Source: Candidatus Latescibacterota bacterium
GTDB taxonomy: Bacteria > Latescibacterota > CBDEFO01
NCBI GenBank assembly: GCA_965237525.1
Contig: CBDEFO010000007.1
Location: forward strand, 160,001-224,000
DNA: 64,000 bases
Direction: 5' to 3'
A program made the position numbers and the translations under genes. Of the stretch, positions 19,482-28,483 are shown piece after piece (the stretch's first letter is position 1; every line of letters begins with the position of its first letter). Under the pieces are notes generated by a model, which ran no database searches, was not told the origin of the DNA, and saw only the letters and a list, made by a program, of their open reading frames with translations.

Positions 19482-19946
19482 TTACCTGAAAAGCTCCTTG
19501 ATCTTTCCCCACGTGGTCTTACCCACGTCTGTAGGCTTGAGCAGCCTCTCAACGACGGATGTTATCGAATCGTATTCGTATCCCTCCTGGCTGTAGGTGA
19601 TGTTCAGATCGCTGTCGAGAACTACAGTGTAGTTGCGCATCTTTGCGGATATGTCAGTGATCAGCCGATAGGAGACATCAAGACCTTCGGTCAGATGGGG
19701 CGTGGAGCTTACGCCTATTATCTGCACGTCTTTGTTTCTGTATTTGGCCCACATACCATTTTCGATGGATAGCGCAGTCTCTCGGTCATCACCGAAGAAA
19801 TGGACAACTATGATCTTATCCGGATAACCCTGGAGGATGTCCTGCTTTAAGTAATCCCCGAACACTGCACCTTTATCGGGGCTTGGGGCTCCGGGAACTG
19901 CGGCAAAGAGTATAAGAAGGGGTATCAACAAATAGATGGCTTTCAC
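19482..19946 (-). CDS. Secreted redoxin-fold-like protein lacking CxxC, with C-terminal TWGKIK tail
   Basis: Signal peptide. KIIVVHFF, YRNKDVQIIGVS and TVVLDSDLNITY resemble a TlpA/peroxiredoxin fold. Ends PTDVGKTTWGKIKELFR. Confidence 0.7.
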   Translation of the reverse strand: MKAIYLLIPLLILFAAVPGAPSPDKGAVFGDYLKQDILQGYPDKIIVVHFFGDDRETALSIENGMWAKYRNKDVQIIGVSSTPHLTEGLDVSYRLITDISAKMRNYTVVLDSDLNITYSQEGYEYDSITSVVERLLKPTDVGKTTWGKIKELFR

Positions 19947-19987
19947 TGCTGAACCACCTCCTGAATAAGTAGACAGTAGGGGTTGAA

Positions 19988-21275
19988 TATCAAATGAAAT
20001 CGGTGCACCTAATTTGATCTTTGTTTAGAGTATTAGTAGATTAAGTTGAGTTGATTGTCTTAACTTTAATCTACGGAGTCCTATGGACAAAGAGAGATTG
20101 GCCGTATTAAGACAAGAAGTCAACGAGATGTATTTTAAGAAAGAAATGTCAAAGCGAGAAGTTATCAAACAAGCGAGAGTTTCCAATGATTTCGTTACGG
20201 CTTGGACTAAATCTCCGGATCAGGATTTTGCCATGGATAATCGGGGTTGGCCAAAAGGAAAAAGGCAAAAATTGGCTAAAGTTGACGAACAGAGAATCAA
20301 AGAGATTTACCATAGCTTAGAGGACGATCCTTATCAGTTCTATTCAGGAGCCACTGTTATTGAACAAGAATGGAGGAATCGATATTCTAGCACCCCTCCT
20401 CCGTCGTTGCCGACTATCGGCAGAATGCTTTCAGATTTAGGACTTTCCCAGAGAAGGAAGAAAGGTAAAAACAAGGGTGCATCTCGTTATCTTTGTTATC
20501 CAGAGTATACCATTTACTATCTTTCAGGAGGCAGAGTCCTAGAATCAGACTTTATTGGTAAAAAGTATCTTACCGGCAGAACTGAGCCGGTCAACTTCGT
20601 TGGATTTTCCTTTAAGAAAGAGCCTAAGTTAAGGTATTTTCGGCGGGTTGACGGTCAAACAGCAACTAACTTTATCGAGAAGTGTCAGTCTTTCTTTGAC
20701 AGGTTTGAAAAACCAGATTTCGTTAAGGTGGACAATTGCTCGGCGACTATTGGCAGTGTTTCAGGTAAAAGGAATGTCAGCAAAGCAATGCAGTTTCTCT
20801 TGAAAAATCAAGTGATTCCGATATTTGCCGTTCCCAGAAGGCCCTTTTCTCAAGCATCTATAGAAGGCAACAATTCTGTATTTTCAAGGAAGTTCTGGAA
20901 CAGAATTCAGTTCAAAAGCTTACAAGAAGTTGATCAGAAGTTAGAATGGTTTAATCTTTCATCACAGAGATACACCGGCTACCGTCCACCTAAGCAAGAG
21001 AAGTCAAACGAGAAAGATTTCATTCCCAAGACCTATTTTATCAGACAAGTCAAACAGGACACAGAACAGACAGATAAAGCCTTTATCGATGTCCTAAATG
21101 AGAAAGTATCTCTTCCCTCCTCTTACACCAACTACTTTGTCCTGGCTGAATGGAACCTAAAAGAAGAACAATTATACATCCATTTTGAAAAAGAACAGAA
21201 ACCAAAGATTGTCCAAAACCTATCATTCAAGATCAATCAAAGATCGAAAGAGAAGTGCACCGATTTCATTTGATA
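19988..21275 (+). mobile_element. Insertion sequence, family not assigned
   Basis: Perfect 21-bp IRs TATCAAATGAAATCGGTGCAC at 19988-20008 and 21255-21275. The outer TA could be a target duplication. Confidence 0.88.
20083..21273 (+). CDS. DDE/integrase-core transposase
   Basis: N-terminal HTH-like region, ESDF / KVDN / SIEGNN candidate DDE triad; the stop codon lies inside the right IR. Confidence 0.85.
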   Translation: MDKERLAVLRQEVNEMYFKKEMSKREVIKQARVSNDFVTAWTKSPDQDFAMDNRGWPKGKRQKLAKVDEQRIKEIYHSLEDDPYQFYSGATVIEQEWRNRYSSTPPPSLPTIGRMLSDLGLSQRRKKGKNKGASRYLCYPEYTIYYLSGGRVLESDFIGKKYLTGRTEPVNFVGFSFKKEPKLRYFRRVDGQTATNFIEKCQSFFDRFEKPDFVKVDNCSATIGSVSGKRNVSKAMQFLLKNQVIPIFAVPRRPFSQASIEGNNSVFSRKFWNRIQFKSLQEVDQKLEWFNLSSQRYTGYRPPKQEKSNEKDFIPKTYFIRQVKQDTEQTDKAFIDVLNEKVSLPSSYTNYFVLAEWNLKEEQLYIHFEKEQKPKIVQNLSFKINQRSKEKCTDFI

Positions 21276-21326
21276 AATAACCAGTAGTCAGTAAACAGGG
21301 CACCTCTCCTCTCCCTGTCTGTCCAG

Positions 21327-22382
21327 CTATTCGGTTCTGAGCATATTGCCTTCCTTGATATCGCTGTAGCCTTCAATTATCCTTGCTTTGGAAAAGTGCT
21401 TGGCAGTGACTTCAATGACCTGGATAGTTCCTACCTTTATCTCATCGGTTTTTCCCACTACCTTGCCCGTGATAGGGTCTGAAAGCTCTTCTCCCTCTTG
21501 ATATACACTATATTTGTCTCCTGCCTCAACTCCATCGGCGATCCCTATGTTGACATACACCTCATCGTCTTGGACCCAGAGTACGACAGGATCCGAGACT
21601 TCGGGCTGAGGCGGTGGTTCTATGTATTCTTCGATTTTGGCTTTGATCTGTTCAGAACACCTTGTAAAGGCTATGCCTACTACAGTATCTTTGAGCTCCT
21701 CTGACTCGAATTCATAGTTTCCCATCTCAAAGAACTCTTTGTTCCTCTGTCTTGCTTTGTCATCCCGATAACTGGCTCCAAGTTCGTTGTCATCGTATTC
21801 CCCAACTCCCTCGATTATGCCGAGTTCCATTCCGTCCACAACGCGAAAGATCGTCAGTTTTACATTGACATATGCTCCGTACCTGAAGAATCCGGCGAGT
21901 GGAACTCCAGCTCTGAAGCGAGTTACGTTAAAGTTTTCGATCTCTCCGGTCAGGACGAAGTCAGCTTTGACGTCTCGACCTATCTGGATGGCTCTTTCGT
22001 TTTTAAATTTACCGAGAGTCTCTTTTCCATCCTTCAATCGCTCCAATATTGCGCCATGCGGAACTGTTTTGTAGAAGGGATTTTCCGACAGTTTCTGAGC
22101 GATAGCTTGAGGAACGCTGTTTACTATGTCCCAGGTCCCCTTTAATTTGGATCTATCCTCCAAGGGGAGTATAAGCAGAGTCTGGGACCCTGTGGAGTGC
22201 GAAAATAGAGTGTCCTGTACAGCCTTGCCATTCGTCTTTTGTACGTTTGGGGAGGTCTGAACCGATGAATATCCCAAAGCGACCAGAGCCGACAGAACGC
22301 CAACGCCGAGTATTCTGGGTAGTCGACTGTTAGGACTACTTTTCAAAGCTGCGCCAGAACCTGTCTTGCCTCTTTTGTTCAT
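21327..22382 (-). CDS. CsgG/TolB_N-like plus FlgT C-terminal-like envelope protein
   Basis: N-terminal hydrophobic segment, AIQIGRDVKADFVLTGEIENF, VYVNIGIADGVEAGD and LSDPITGKVVG. Confidence 0.65.
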   Translation of the reverse strand: MNKRGKTGSGAALKSSPNSRLPRILGVGVLSALVALGYSSVQTSPNVQKTNGKAVQDTLFSHSTGSQTLLILPLEDRSKLKGTWDIVNSVPQAIAQKLSENPFYKTVPHGAILERLKDGKETLGKFKNERAIQIGRDVKADFVLTGEIENFNVTRFRAGVPLAGFFRYGAYVNVKLTIFRVVDGMELGIIEGVGEYDDNELGASYRDDKARQRNKEFFEMGNYEFESEELKDTVVGIAFTRCSEQIKAKIEEYIEPPPQPEVSDPVVLWVQDDEVYVNIGIADGVEAGDKYSVYQEGEELSDPITGKVVGKTDEIKVGTIQVIEVTAKHFSKARIIEGYSDIKEGNMLRTE

Positions 22383-22394
22383 ATCAGTTCACCT

Positions 22395-23675
22395 TTACGC
22401 CGCTTTTCTGATTTTAGGGAGGACGTATGGTCCCTTCGGTATTACCGCTATTTTAGCATCTCTACCGGATTTTTGAAGGGCCTGCTGGACTCCGTCCTCT
22501 ACAGATTCTACAGGTTGAACCATAATGCTTTTAGCTCGTTGGGAATCTATGCCTTCGCTGTATAAGAGTACCTCGCCCCTTTTGAGGGCTTTACACATCT
22601 CCTGCACCTGCCATTGGTCGTGGCAGAAGAACATGGGGCTTTTTATGGTTTGAAGGAAGTTTTCGGGATCTTTTGTGTCATTAAGGAGGCGGGAAAACTC
22701 CGAACTCCCGATACCTTCAGTGCATCGGGAAGCTACAATAAGCGTCCCATCTTGCTTCAGCACGGGTAAAGCGGCGGTCATACCCTTTATGGTCTGGTAG
22801 AATGTGAGGTCGAGAGGGTATCCCGCGCTGGTAGTTATCACTATATCGGCGAGCTCATCAAGATAGGCGGTAGATTGTCTTTCGACGAATTTTACGCCTG
22901 CCCAGTGGGCGGCTTCAAGTTCGCCACAGAAGAGTCCGGTTATCTGTCTTTTTCCGTTGATGGCTACATTGAGGCTAAAATCGACCCCGGCTTTGTGTGC
23001 AACTTCTAACATCTGTTGATGTACAGGGTTGCCATCAATTATGCCTTCAGCTGCCCGGGGCGATGAGAGTATTTCATATCCGTGCAGGACTTTGACAGTT
23101 TCGACTCCGCATATCCCGGGGCAGATAGCCTTTCTCCCGCCTGAGTAGCCCGCCATAAGGTGAGGTTCAATCAGGGAGGTGGCGATCGTGAGATCGGATT
23201 CGAGGTAGAGCGTATTGACATAGACAGGCACGCCGAACGAAGTCTCACCGAGGTGGCTTAGCGTATCTTTTTCACTGGATAGGTGATTGACTATCTTGTA
23301 GTTTCGGACTATATGCTCCCCGACCATTGTGCTGAGCTCTTGCTCCGTATTGGGTCGATGGAGTCCCGTCCCGACGAGGATGGTGATATTTTCTTTGGGG
23401 ATGTCAGAGTCCTGGAGGACCTTCAGCATTGGTGGCAAAATAGTTTCGTTGGGCACAGGCCTGGTGATGTCTGAGATGACGATACAGGCGTTTCTTTTGC
23501 CATGTGCAAGCTCCCAAAGCGGTGGCGAGGATGCAGGGTTTTCAAGGCCCTCCAAGACGGCTGATTGTGGGTCCTGTAGAGGTTCCACTGGTTTTATGTC
23601 GAGAACGCCCTCTAGATTCTGATCGGGAAGATCGACCCAGAGTCCTTCTTTTCCATAGGCGAGTTTGATTTTCAA
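22395..23675 (-). CDS. larA: LarA-family nickel-dependent racemase/epimerase
   Basis: ISDITRPVPN, GTGLHR, EPHLMAGYSGGRKAICPG and GYPLDLTFYQTIKG. Likely TTG start at 23675 after GGGAG. Substrate not determinable. Confidence 0.85.
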   Translation of the reverse strand: MKIKLAYGKEGLWVDLPDQNLEGVLDIKPVEPLQDPQSAVLEGLENPASSPPLWELAHGKRNACIVISDITRPVPNETILPPMLKVLQDSDIPKENITILVGTGLHRPNTEQELSTMVGEHIVRNYKIVNHLSSEKDTLSHLGETSFGVPVYVNTLYLESDLTIATSLIEPHLMAGYSGGRKAICPGICGVETVKVLHGYEILSSPRAAEGIIDGNPVHQQMLEVAHKAGVDFSLNVAINGKRQITGLFCGELEAAHWAGVKFVERQSTAYLDELADIVITTSAGYPLDLTFYQTIKGMTAALPVLKQDGTLIVASRCTEGIGSSEFSRLLNDTKDPENFLQTIKSPMFFCHDQWQVQEMCKALKRGEVLLYSEGIDSQRAKSIMVQPVESVEDGVQQALQKSGRDAKIAVIPKGPYVLPKIRKAA

Positions 23676-23918
23676 ATCTCTAATCTCCCTACTGCTGAGT
23701 GGATCGAGGTTTCTGCCCCTCGCAATGTCAGGAGACACGCGATGGCATTGTAATGCATCTATGACAGCCACAGCAAACGAAGCAATCTCGTAGAGAGGGT
23801 ACTGCCCCTCCTAAACCGTGTACATCCACAAAGGAGTCGCCCAACACGAAGTCCTCGGCTATTCCTAGAGCGCCTCTGAGTCCCAGGGGGAATTCCTACC
23901 CTGGGGTTATTGTCTGCC

Positions 23919-24082
23919 GGGTGTAAAAGAGATTTACCATTGTGTTCCCGGTTCTAAATGCTCTAAAAGATGGAGTTTGTTGTCATCAAACAGCGTGTGC
24001 AAAAATCCAGGATCTTTATCGAAGTGATCTTCTACGGAACGCTTACTTTTTCCTGTGACAAATGGTAAATTCTTTGACTCCC
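23919..24082. mobile_element. Possible MITE/IS remnant
   Basis: Imperfect ~22-bp inverted ends GGGTGTAAAAGAGATTTACCATT and (reverse complement) GGGAGTCAAAGAATTTACCATT. No ORF and no clear target duplication. Confidence 0.35.
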
Positions 24083-24330
24083 TGTCGGGTCATCTCCTCG
24101 ACCGTCTGCTGGCCTACGGGCTTTATCCCGACGGGGAGCATCACCTTGGGCTGAGATTTTGTACCAGGCTGTAGTTTAGTGCCCAGTTCAGCTTATGTTT
24201 TCCCTTGACAGCTTGGGTTTTATGTATTAAAGTTCGCTCTATCAATCGGACAATCTCGTACAAAATATAACCTTGGGGCTTGGAAATGTCAAGCTAAAAT
24301 GGTCTGATGTAATATATCTGATATGTACTC

Positions 24331-24561
24331 TTGAATTTAGGGGGAGTCTTTATCTGTCAGATAATCTTATATCCGGGCAAGGATGGTTTTTGGATATTAG
24401 AATGTTTCAGCCTTCCAGGATGTATAAGTCAGGGAACGACAAGGGAGGAGGCACTAAGGAATATCAAGGAGGCTATCGAGTGTTACATTGAGAGTTTGGA
24501 AGAGGATGGTCTGCCGGTGCCCCCTGATAGAATTGAGGCTATGGTGGTGACGATTGAATAG
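24331..24561 (+). CDS. hicB: HicB-family antitoxin (start uncertain or damaged)
   Basis: SLPGCISQGTTREEALRNIKEAIECYIESLEEDGLPVP. Confidence 0.8.
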   Translation: MNLGGVFICQIILYPGKDGFWILECFSLPGCISQGTTREEALRNIKEAIECYIESLEEDGLPVPPDRIEAMVVTIE

Positions 24562-24774
24562 ACTTCCAACACTGTCAGGAAAAAAGTTGATCAAGCTTCT
24601 ACAAAAGACCGGATTTTACGTACAACGACGGAAGGGGAGTCATATGAAATTGAGAGGGATGATCCCTTCTGCCAGGTTGTCGTTCCTGATCATAGGACCT
24701 TAGAGAGAGGCACGCTGAGAGGAATCATCAGACAGACAGGAATGTCCGTTGATTAATTCATCAATCTCGTATAG
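24554..24774 (+). pseudogene. hicA: HicA-family toxin, frameshifted with an internal TAA
   Basis: LPTLSGKKLIKLLQKTGF...RKGSH, then in a shifted frame VVVPDHRTLERGTLRGIIRQTGMSVD*F. Confidence 0.8.
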
Positions 24775-25164
24775 AGACCATCGTAGAGCGCGAAGGAGAT
24801 AGGAATCTCTTGCCATCTGTGTCGGCGAATACTCCGATCACTTGAAAAATGCCGCAAACTCCTAAAATAATTGCTCATACGCTCAAAAAAAGATTGACCT
24901 TGCGACAAGAATGTAATAAATTGATATAACACGAAATCCTAGATGCTCTAAACGTCTTATTCTTCGAGCAGCCATACTCGTTGTAGCAGCTTTGGTTCTC
25001 TAATGAAGTGTGGGAACACCGAATCTCTCTGGAAGTCCGCTTGATCAGGATCTAATCAGAAAAAATTTGAACTTAGTGTTCTAAATCACAAAAAATCTTA
25101 TCCGGATGTCTTATAATATTATTTGATTAATCTCTTTATCAACAGAAAAAGGGGACATCTTTCG

Positions 25165-26049
25165 ATGAAATTAGTCACGTTTGATTATAAGAAGAAAGAG
25201 AATTTCGGAGCTTTACTAGGGCAGGAGAATATTGTTGATTTAGGAAGTGTAGCCGGATCTGTAATAGAACTTTTAGGGATGCGGGATGAGGGAATAGAGA
25301 GAGCGCGCAGGGCGGTTGAGGAAAATGAGCCGGCATTGAAGTTGAAGGATGTGACCTTGAAAGCCCCTGTGCCAAGGCCTTCTAAGCTTTTGTGTTTGGC
25401 TGGGAATTACGCAGAACATATAAGAGAGGGAGGTGGAGAAGTGAGCGAGAAGGAAAAGACGACCCCGCGCGTGTTTATGAAACCTCCTTCCACAACGGTG
25501 ATAGGCTCAGGGCAGCCCATAATCCTGCCTAAGAATGCCAACAAGATAGATTGGGAGTGCGAAATTGGAGCTGTGATAGGAAAGAACGCGCGTTTTGTGA
25601 GCGCAGATGAGGCTCTGGATTATGTTGCTGGTTATACTATCGTAAACGATGTATCGGAAAGAGCGTTGAAGATCGAAAAGGACAGAGAGCCGAGGGACGG
25701 AGACGGTTGGTTCGACTGGCTAAACGGCAAGTGGTTCGATACGTTTGCCCCTATGGGTCCCTGTCTTGTGTTGAAGGATGAGATGCAAGACCCTCAAAGC
25801 TTAAGGATTACTTTAAGGGTGAACGGAGAGACAAAGCAGGATTCCAATACCAGTCAGATGATATTTACTGTGGCTGAGCTGGTGGAATGGGCGTCCACGT
25901 TAGTGACGTTGGAGCCGGGCGACGTTATATCGACGGGGACACCCTCGGGTGTAGGATCAACTACAGGGACGTTTCTTTCTGCGGGAGATGTTGTAGAGGC
26001 TGAGATCGAGGGGATAGGAATACTGAGGAATCCTGTGGAGAAAGGGTAG
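25165..26049 (+). CDS. Fumarylacetoacetate hydrolase family protein
   Basis: KLLCLAGNYAEH, DWECE, GYTIVNDVSER, GKWFDTFAPMGP and PGDVISTGTP. Confidence 0.95.
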   Translation: MKLVTFDYKKKENFGALLGQENIVDLGSVAGSVIELLGMRDEGIERARRAVEENEPALKLKDVTLKAPVPRPSKLLCLAGNYAEHIREGGGEVSEKEKTTPRVFMKPPSTTVIGSGQPIILPKNANKIDWECEIGAVIGKNARFVSADEALDYVAGYTIVNDVSERALKIEKDREPRDGDGWFDWLNGKWFDTFAPMGPCLVLKDEMQDPQSLRITLRVNGETKQDSNTSQMIFTVAELVEWASTLVTLEPGDVISTGTPSGVGSTTGTFLSAGDVVEAEIEGIGILRNPVEKG

Positions 26050-26092
26050 GCTTTCAACGGCTGTTGGATCACCCATTAGCTTGGACGAACAT

Positions 26093-27046
26093 ATGAATAT
26101 AAAGTTCTGGGGCGTGAGAGGTTCCATCCCAACTCCCATTGGTCCTAAGGAGATTCGAAAAAAGATAGAAGACGTCCTCTTTGAGGCAAAGGACATAAAG
26201 TTTTCCAGCCGGGAAGACGTAACTAAGTATGTGGAGGGACTGCATTATCTGCAGCGAGGCACAGTTGGGGGCAACAGCTCCTGCGTGGAAGTCCAGACGC
26301 AGACTGGACATGTTCTTATTCTGGACGCGGGCTCGGGGATCGTAAAGCTGGGAGCAGAATTGATGAAAGGGGATTTCGGAAGGGGTAGCGGGGTAGCTCA
26401 CATATTTTTGTCTCATACTCATTGGGATCATATTATAGGTTTTCCGTTGTTTACTCCTGCGTATATTAAGGGAAACAGGATAATCTTTTACGGCGTGCAC
26501 GAAGATTTAGAGAAAAGGCTAAGACACCAGCAAAATGCCCCCGACCATTTTCCGGCGTCCCTGGAATTGATGGAAGCTGATATAGAATTTGTTCAGCTTA
26601 AAGGGAAGAAAAAGCTGAAGATAGGTAGCATGACTGTGGATAGCAAGGAGCTTTACCATCCGGGCGCAGCTTACAGTTATAGGATCACAGAAAATGAGAA
26701 GACCTTGGTCTATGCGACAGACGGTGAGTATAAGGTGGAGTGGGAAAATGTGCAGCAGTATCATAGCTATTATCAAAACGCCGATGTGTTGATCTTCGAC
26801 GCTATGTATACTGCTGGAGAGGCGATCGACCGCGAGGACTGGGGTCACAGCACCTCATTCATAGGAGCAGACATAGCGTCTATTACGGGGATCAAAAAGC
26901 TCGTATTGTTTCATCACTATCCCGCACGAGATGATGAGGCTATACATAGGATTTTGAAAGAGACAGAGGCGTACTGGAACGATCTCTATTCGGACTTTGA
27001 TTGTGAGATACTCATGGCACACGAGGGATTAGAAATAGAAATATAA
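26093..27046 (+). CDS. MBL-fold metallo-hydrolase (cyclic nucleotide phosphodiesterase-like)
   Basis: FWGVRGSIP, GGNSSCVE, SHTHWDHIIG, WGHS and LFHH. Confidence 0.92.
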   Translation: MNIKFWGVRGSIPTPIGPKEIRKKIEDVLFEAKDIKFSSREDVTKYVEGLHYLQRGTVGGNSSCVEVQTQTGHVLILDAGSGIVKLGAELMKGDFGRGSGVAHIFLSHTHWDHIIGFPLFTPAYIKGNRIIFYGVHEDLEKRLRHQQNAPDHFPASLELMEADIEFVQLKGKKKLKIGSMTVDSKELYHPGAAYSYRITENEKTLVYATDGEYKVEWENVQQYHSYYQNADVLIFDAMYTAGEAIDREDWGHSTSFIGADIASITGIKKLVLFHHYPARDDEAIHRILKETEAYWNDLYSDFDCEILMAHEGLEIEI

Positions 27047-27137
27047 CGTTTTTACTCCCAAAATATTCTTCGATACTTTTCGGGGCTCCCGAGTATATTA
27101 TTGCGAAAGCTCCTTTATCGAAGATCATCTTAGTACC

Positions 27138-27171
27138 GGCGGAAGCCATCAAGGTTTCCGCCTCTTTTTTT
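27138..27171 (+). terminator. Rho-independent terminator
   Basis: GGCGGAAGCC-ATCAA-GGTTTCCGCC followed by a T-tract. Confidence 0.8.
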
Positions 27172-27379
27172 GTTTCGCCGGATAGCACGATAAAGAAAAC
27201 AGATAATTACGATCCTGATAATCACAAAAACTCCTTGACATCCGCGAAAATATAGTTTTAATTGTACATAAAGAGTGATTGTGCTGTTTTTGTGCGTTGT
27301 CAGTGCAAGAATATCCAAGAAGACAAGTCTCATGTAGCTTGTTGATGGGAGTTGTCTTGTAAGGAGGTGATGAAACAAA

Positions 27380-28483
27380 ATGACAAGACGAGCAGTGAAA
27401 CCTTCCACAGTTCTGGCTACGATAACTTTCGTTATCTTGGGTATCGCTGCACAAATACACGCCCAGATGTCCGCCCCAATTATCACTAATTACGTCAGAG
27501 CAGTGGCAGTACTACCTGGAGGGAACGCGGTCTATGTGGGCATTGAAGAATTTGAAACGGGCGGGGTCCTTCGAATAAATGTAGATACTGGAGAAGTACA
27601 AGCGATGAACGAGGGTTTAACAGACCTGAATCTCCGCAGCCTCGTCATTGATCCTTCCGATCCATCACGGATCTATGTAGCTTCGGGAGAGGGTATCTTT
27701 CGCAGCGAAGATGGAGGAAGACACTGGATAGGGATCAACCAGGGGATATCTTCGGGTGGTATAAATGAAATCTGGGTAAGTTCCCTTAATTCGGACTTGC
27801 TATTGGCACAAGGTGCAGTCGGCTCTGTTTACCGTACAGATGATGGAGGGAACCAGTGGCGTTTGTTGTATGTGCCTCGTATCGACTATGGAAGTAATTG
27901 GGAGACTGCAATCGAAGCGACCAGTAACGGCAGTACTATCTTTGCCTTCAAGGCCGGCGTACCTTTCCGTCGGAGCACTGATGGTGGTGAGACCTGGGAG
28001 GATCTTTCAATAGTGAGTAGGGCCTTCGCGTTCTCTTCGGACGAGAAAATCTTTTACGCTGGCAAAGGATTAATCAGAGATGAAAGAGCGGTGGTCGTAT
28101 ATCGGAGTCTGGACGAAGGAGATACGTGGGAGGGACTCGAGTATGGTCCTCCGATCGATACTGAAGAATATCGGCTTCCTCAATGGGGAAACACTATCTG
28201 CCTGCTGCCAGATCCACACGCTCCTGGTGTTATCTATGCGGGTACTACAGAGGGGGTGTTTTACACGACTGATGGGGGAGTTGTCTGGCAGCCTTTGGGC
28301 AGTCAACCGTTGAACTTTGAAGAATGGAACGGTCTTGTTTTTGCACTGGCCTTAGACCTGGATAGATCGCGTCTTTACGTCGGGAGGCCTGACGGTCTGT
28401 TCTTCGTGCCGCTTCCAGAGTATCCTGATCCGACCGCTGTGGAGGCTAATTCGTGGGGAAAGATTAAAAGCCTTGTGAAATAG
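27380..28483 (+). CDS. Secreted BNR/Asp-box beta-propeller protein with C-terminal SWGKIK tail
   Basis: Signal peptide and five S/TxDGGxxW-type Asp boxes. Ends PTAVEANSWGKIKSLVK; the last codons come from the adjacent IS end. Confidence 0.85.
   Translation: MTRRAVKPSTVLATITFVILGIAAQIHAQMSAPIITNYVRAVAVLPGGNAVYVGIEEFETGGVLRINVDTGEVQAMNEGLTDLNLRSLVIDPSDPSRIYVASGEGIFRSEDGGRHWIGINQGISSGGINEIWVSSLNSDLLLAQGAVGSVYRTDDGGNQWRLLYVPRIDYGSNWETAIEATSNGSTIFAFKAGVPFRRSTDGGETWEDLSIVSRAFAFSSDEKIFYAGKGLIRDERAVVVYRSLDEGDTWEGLEYGPPIDTEEYRLPQWGNTICLLPDPHAPGVIYAGTTEGVFYTTDGGVVWQPLGSQPLNFEEWNGLVFALALDLDRSRLYVGRPDGLFFVPLPEYPDPTAVEANSWGKIKSLVK

Noticed and set aside
23676..23771. N-terminal extension of LarA in the ORF track
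   Set aside because: It runs through a palindromic repeat, and a TTG with an RBS at 23675 matches the family start.
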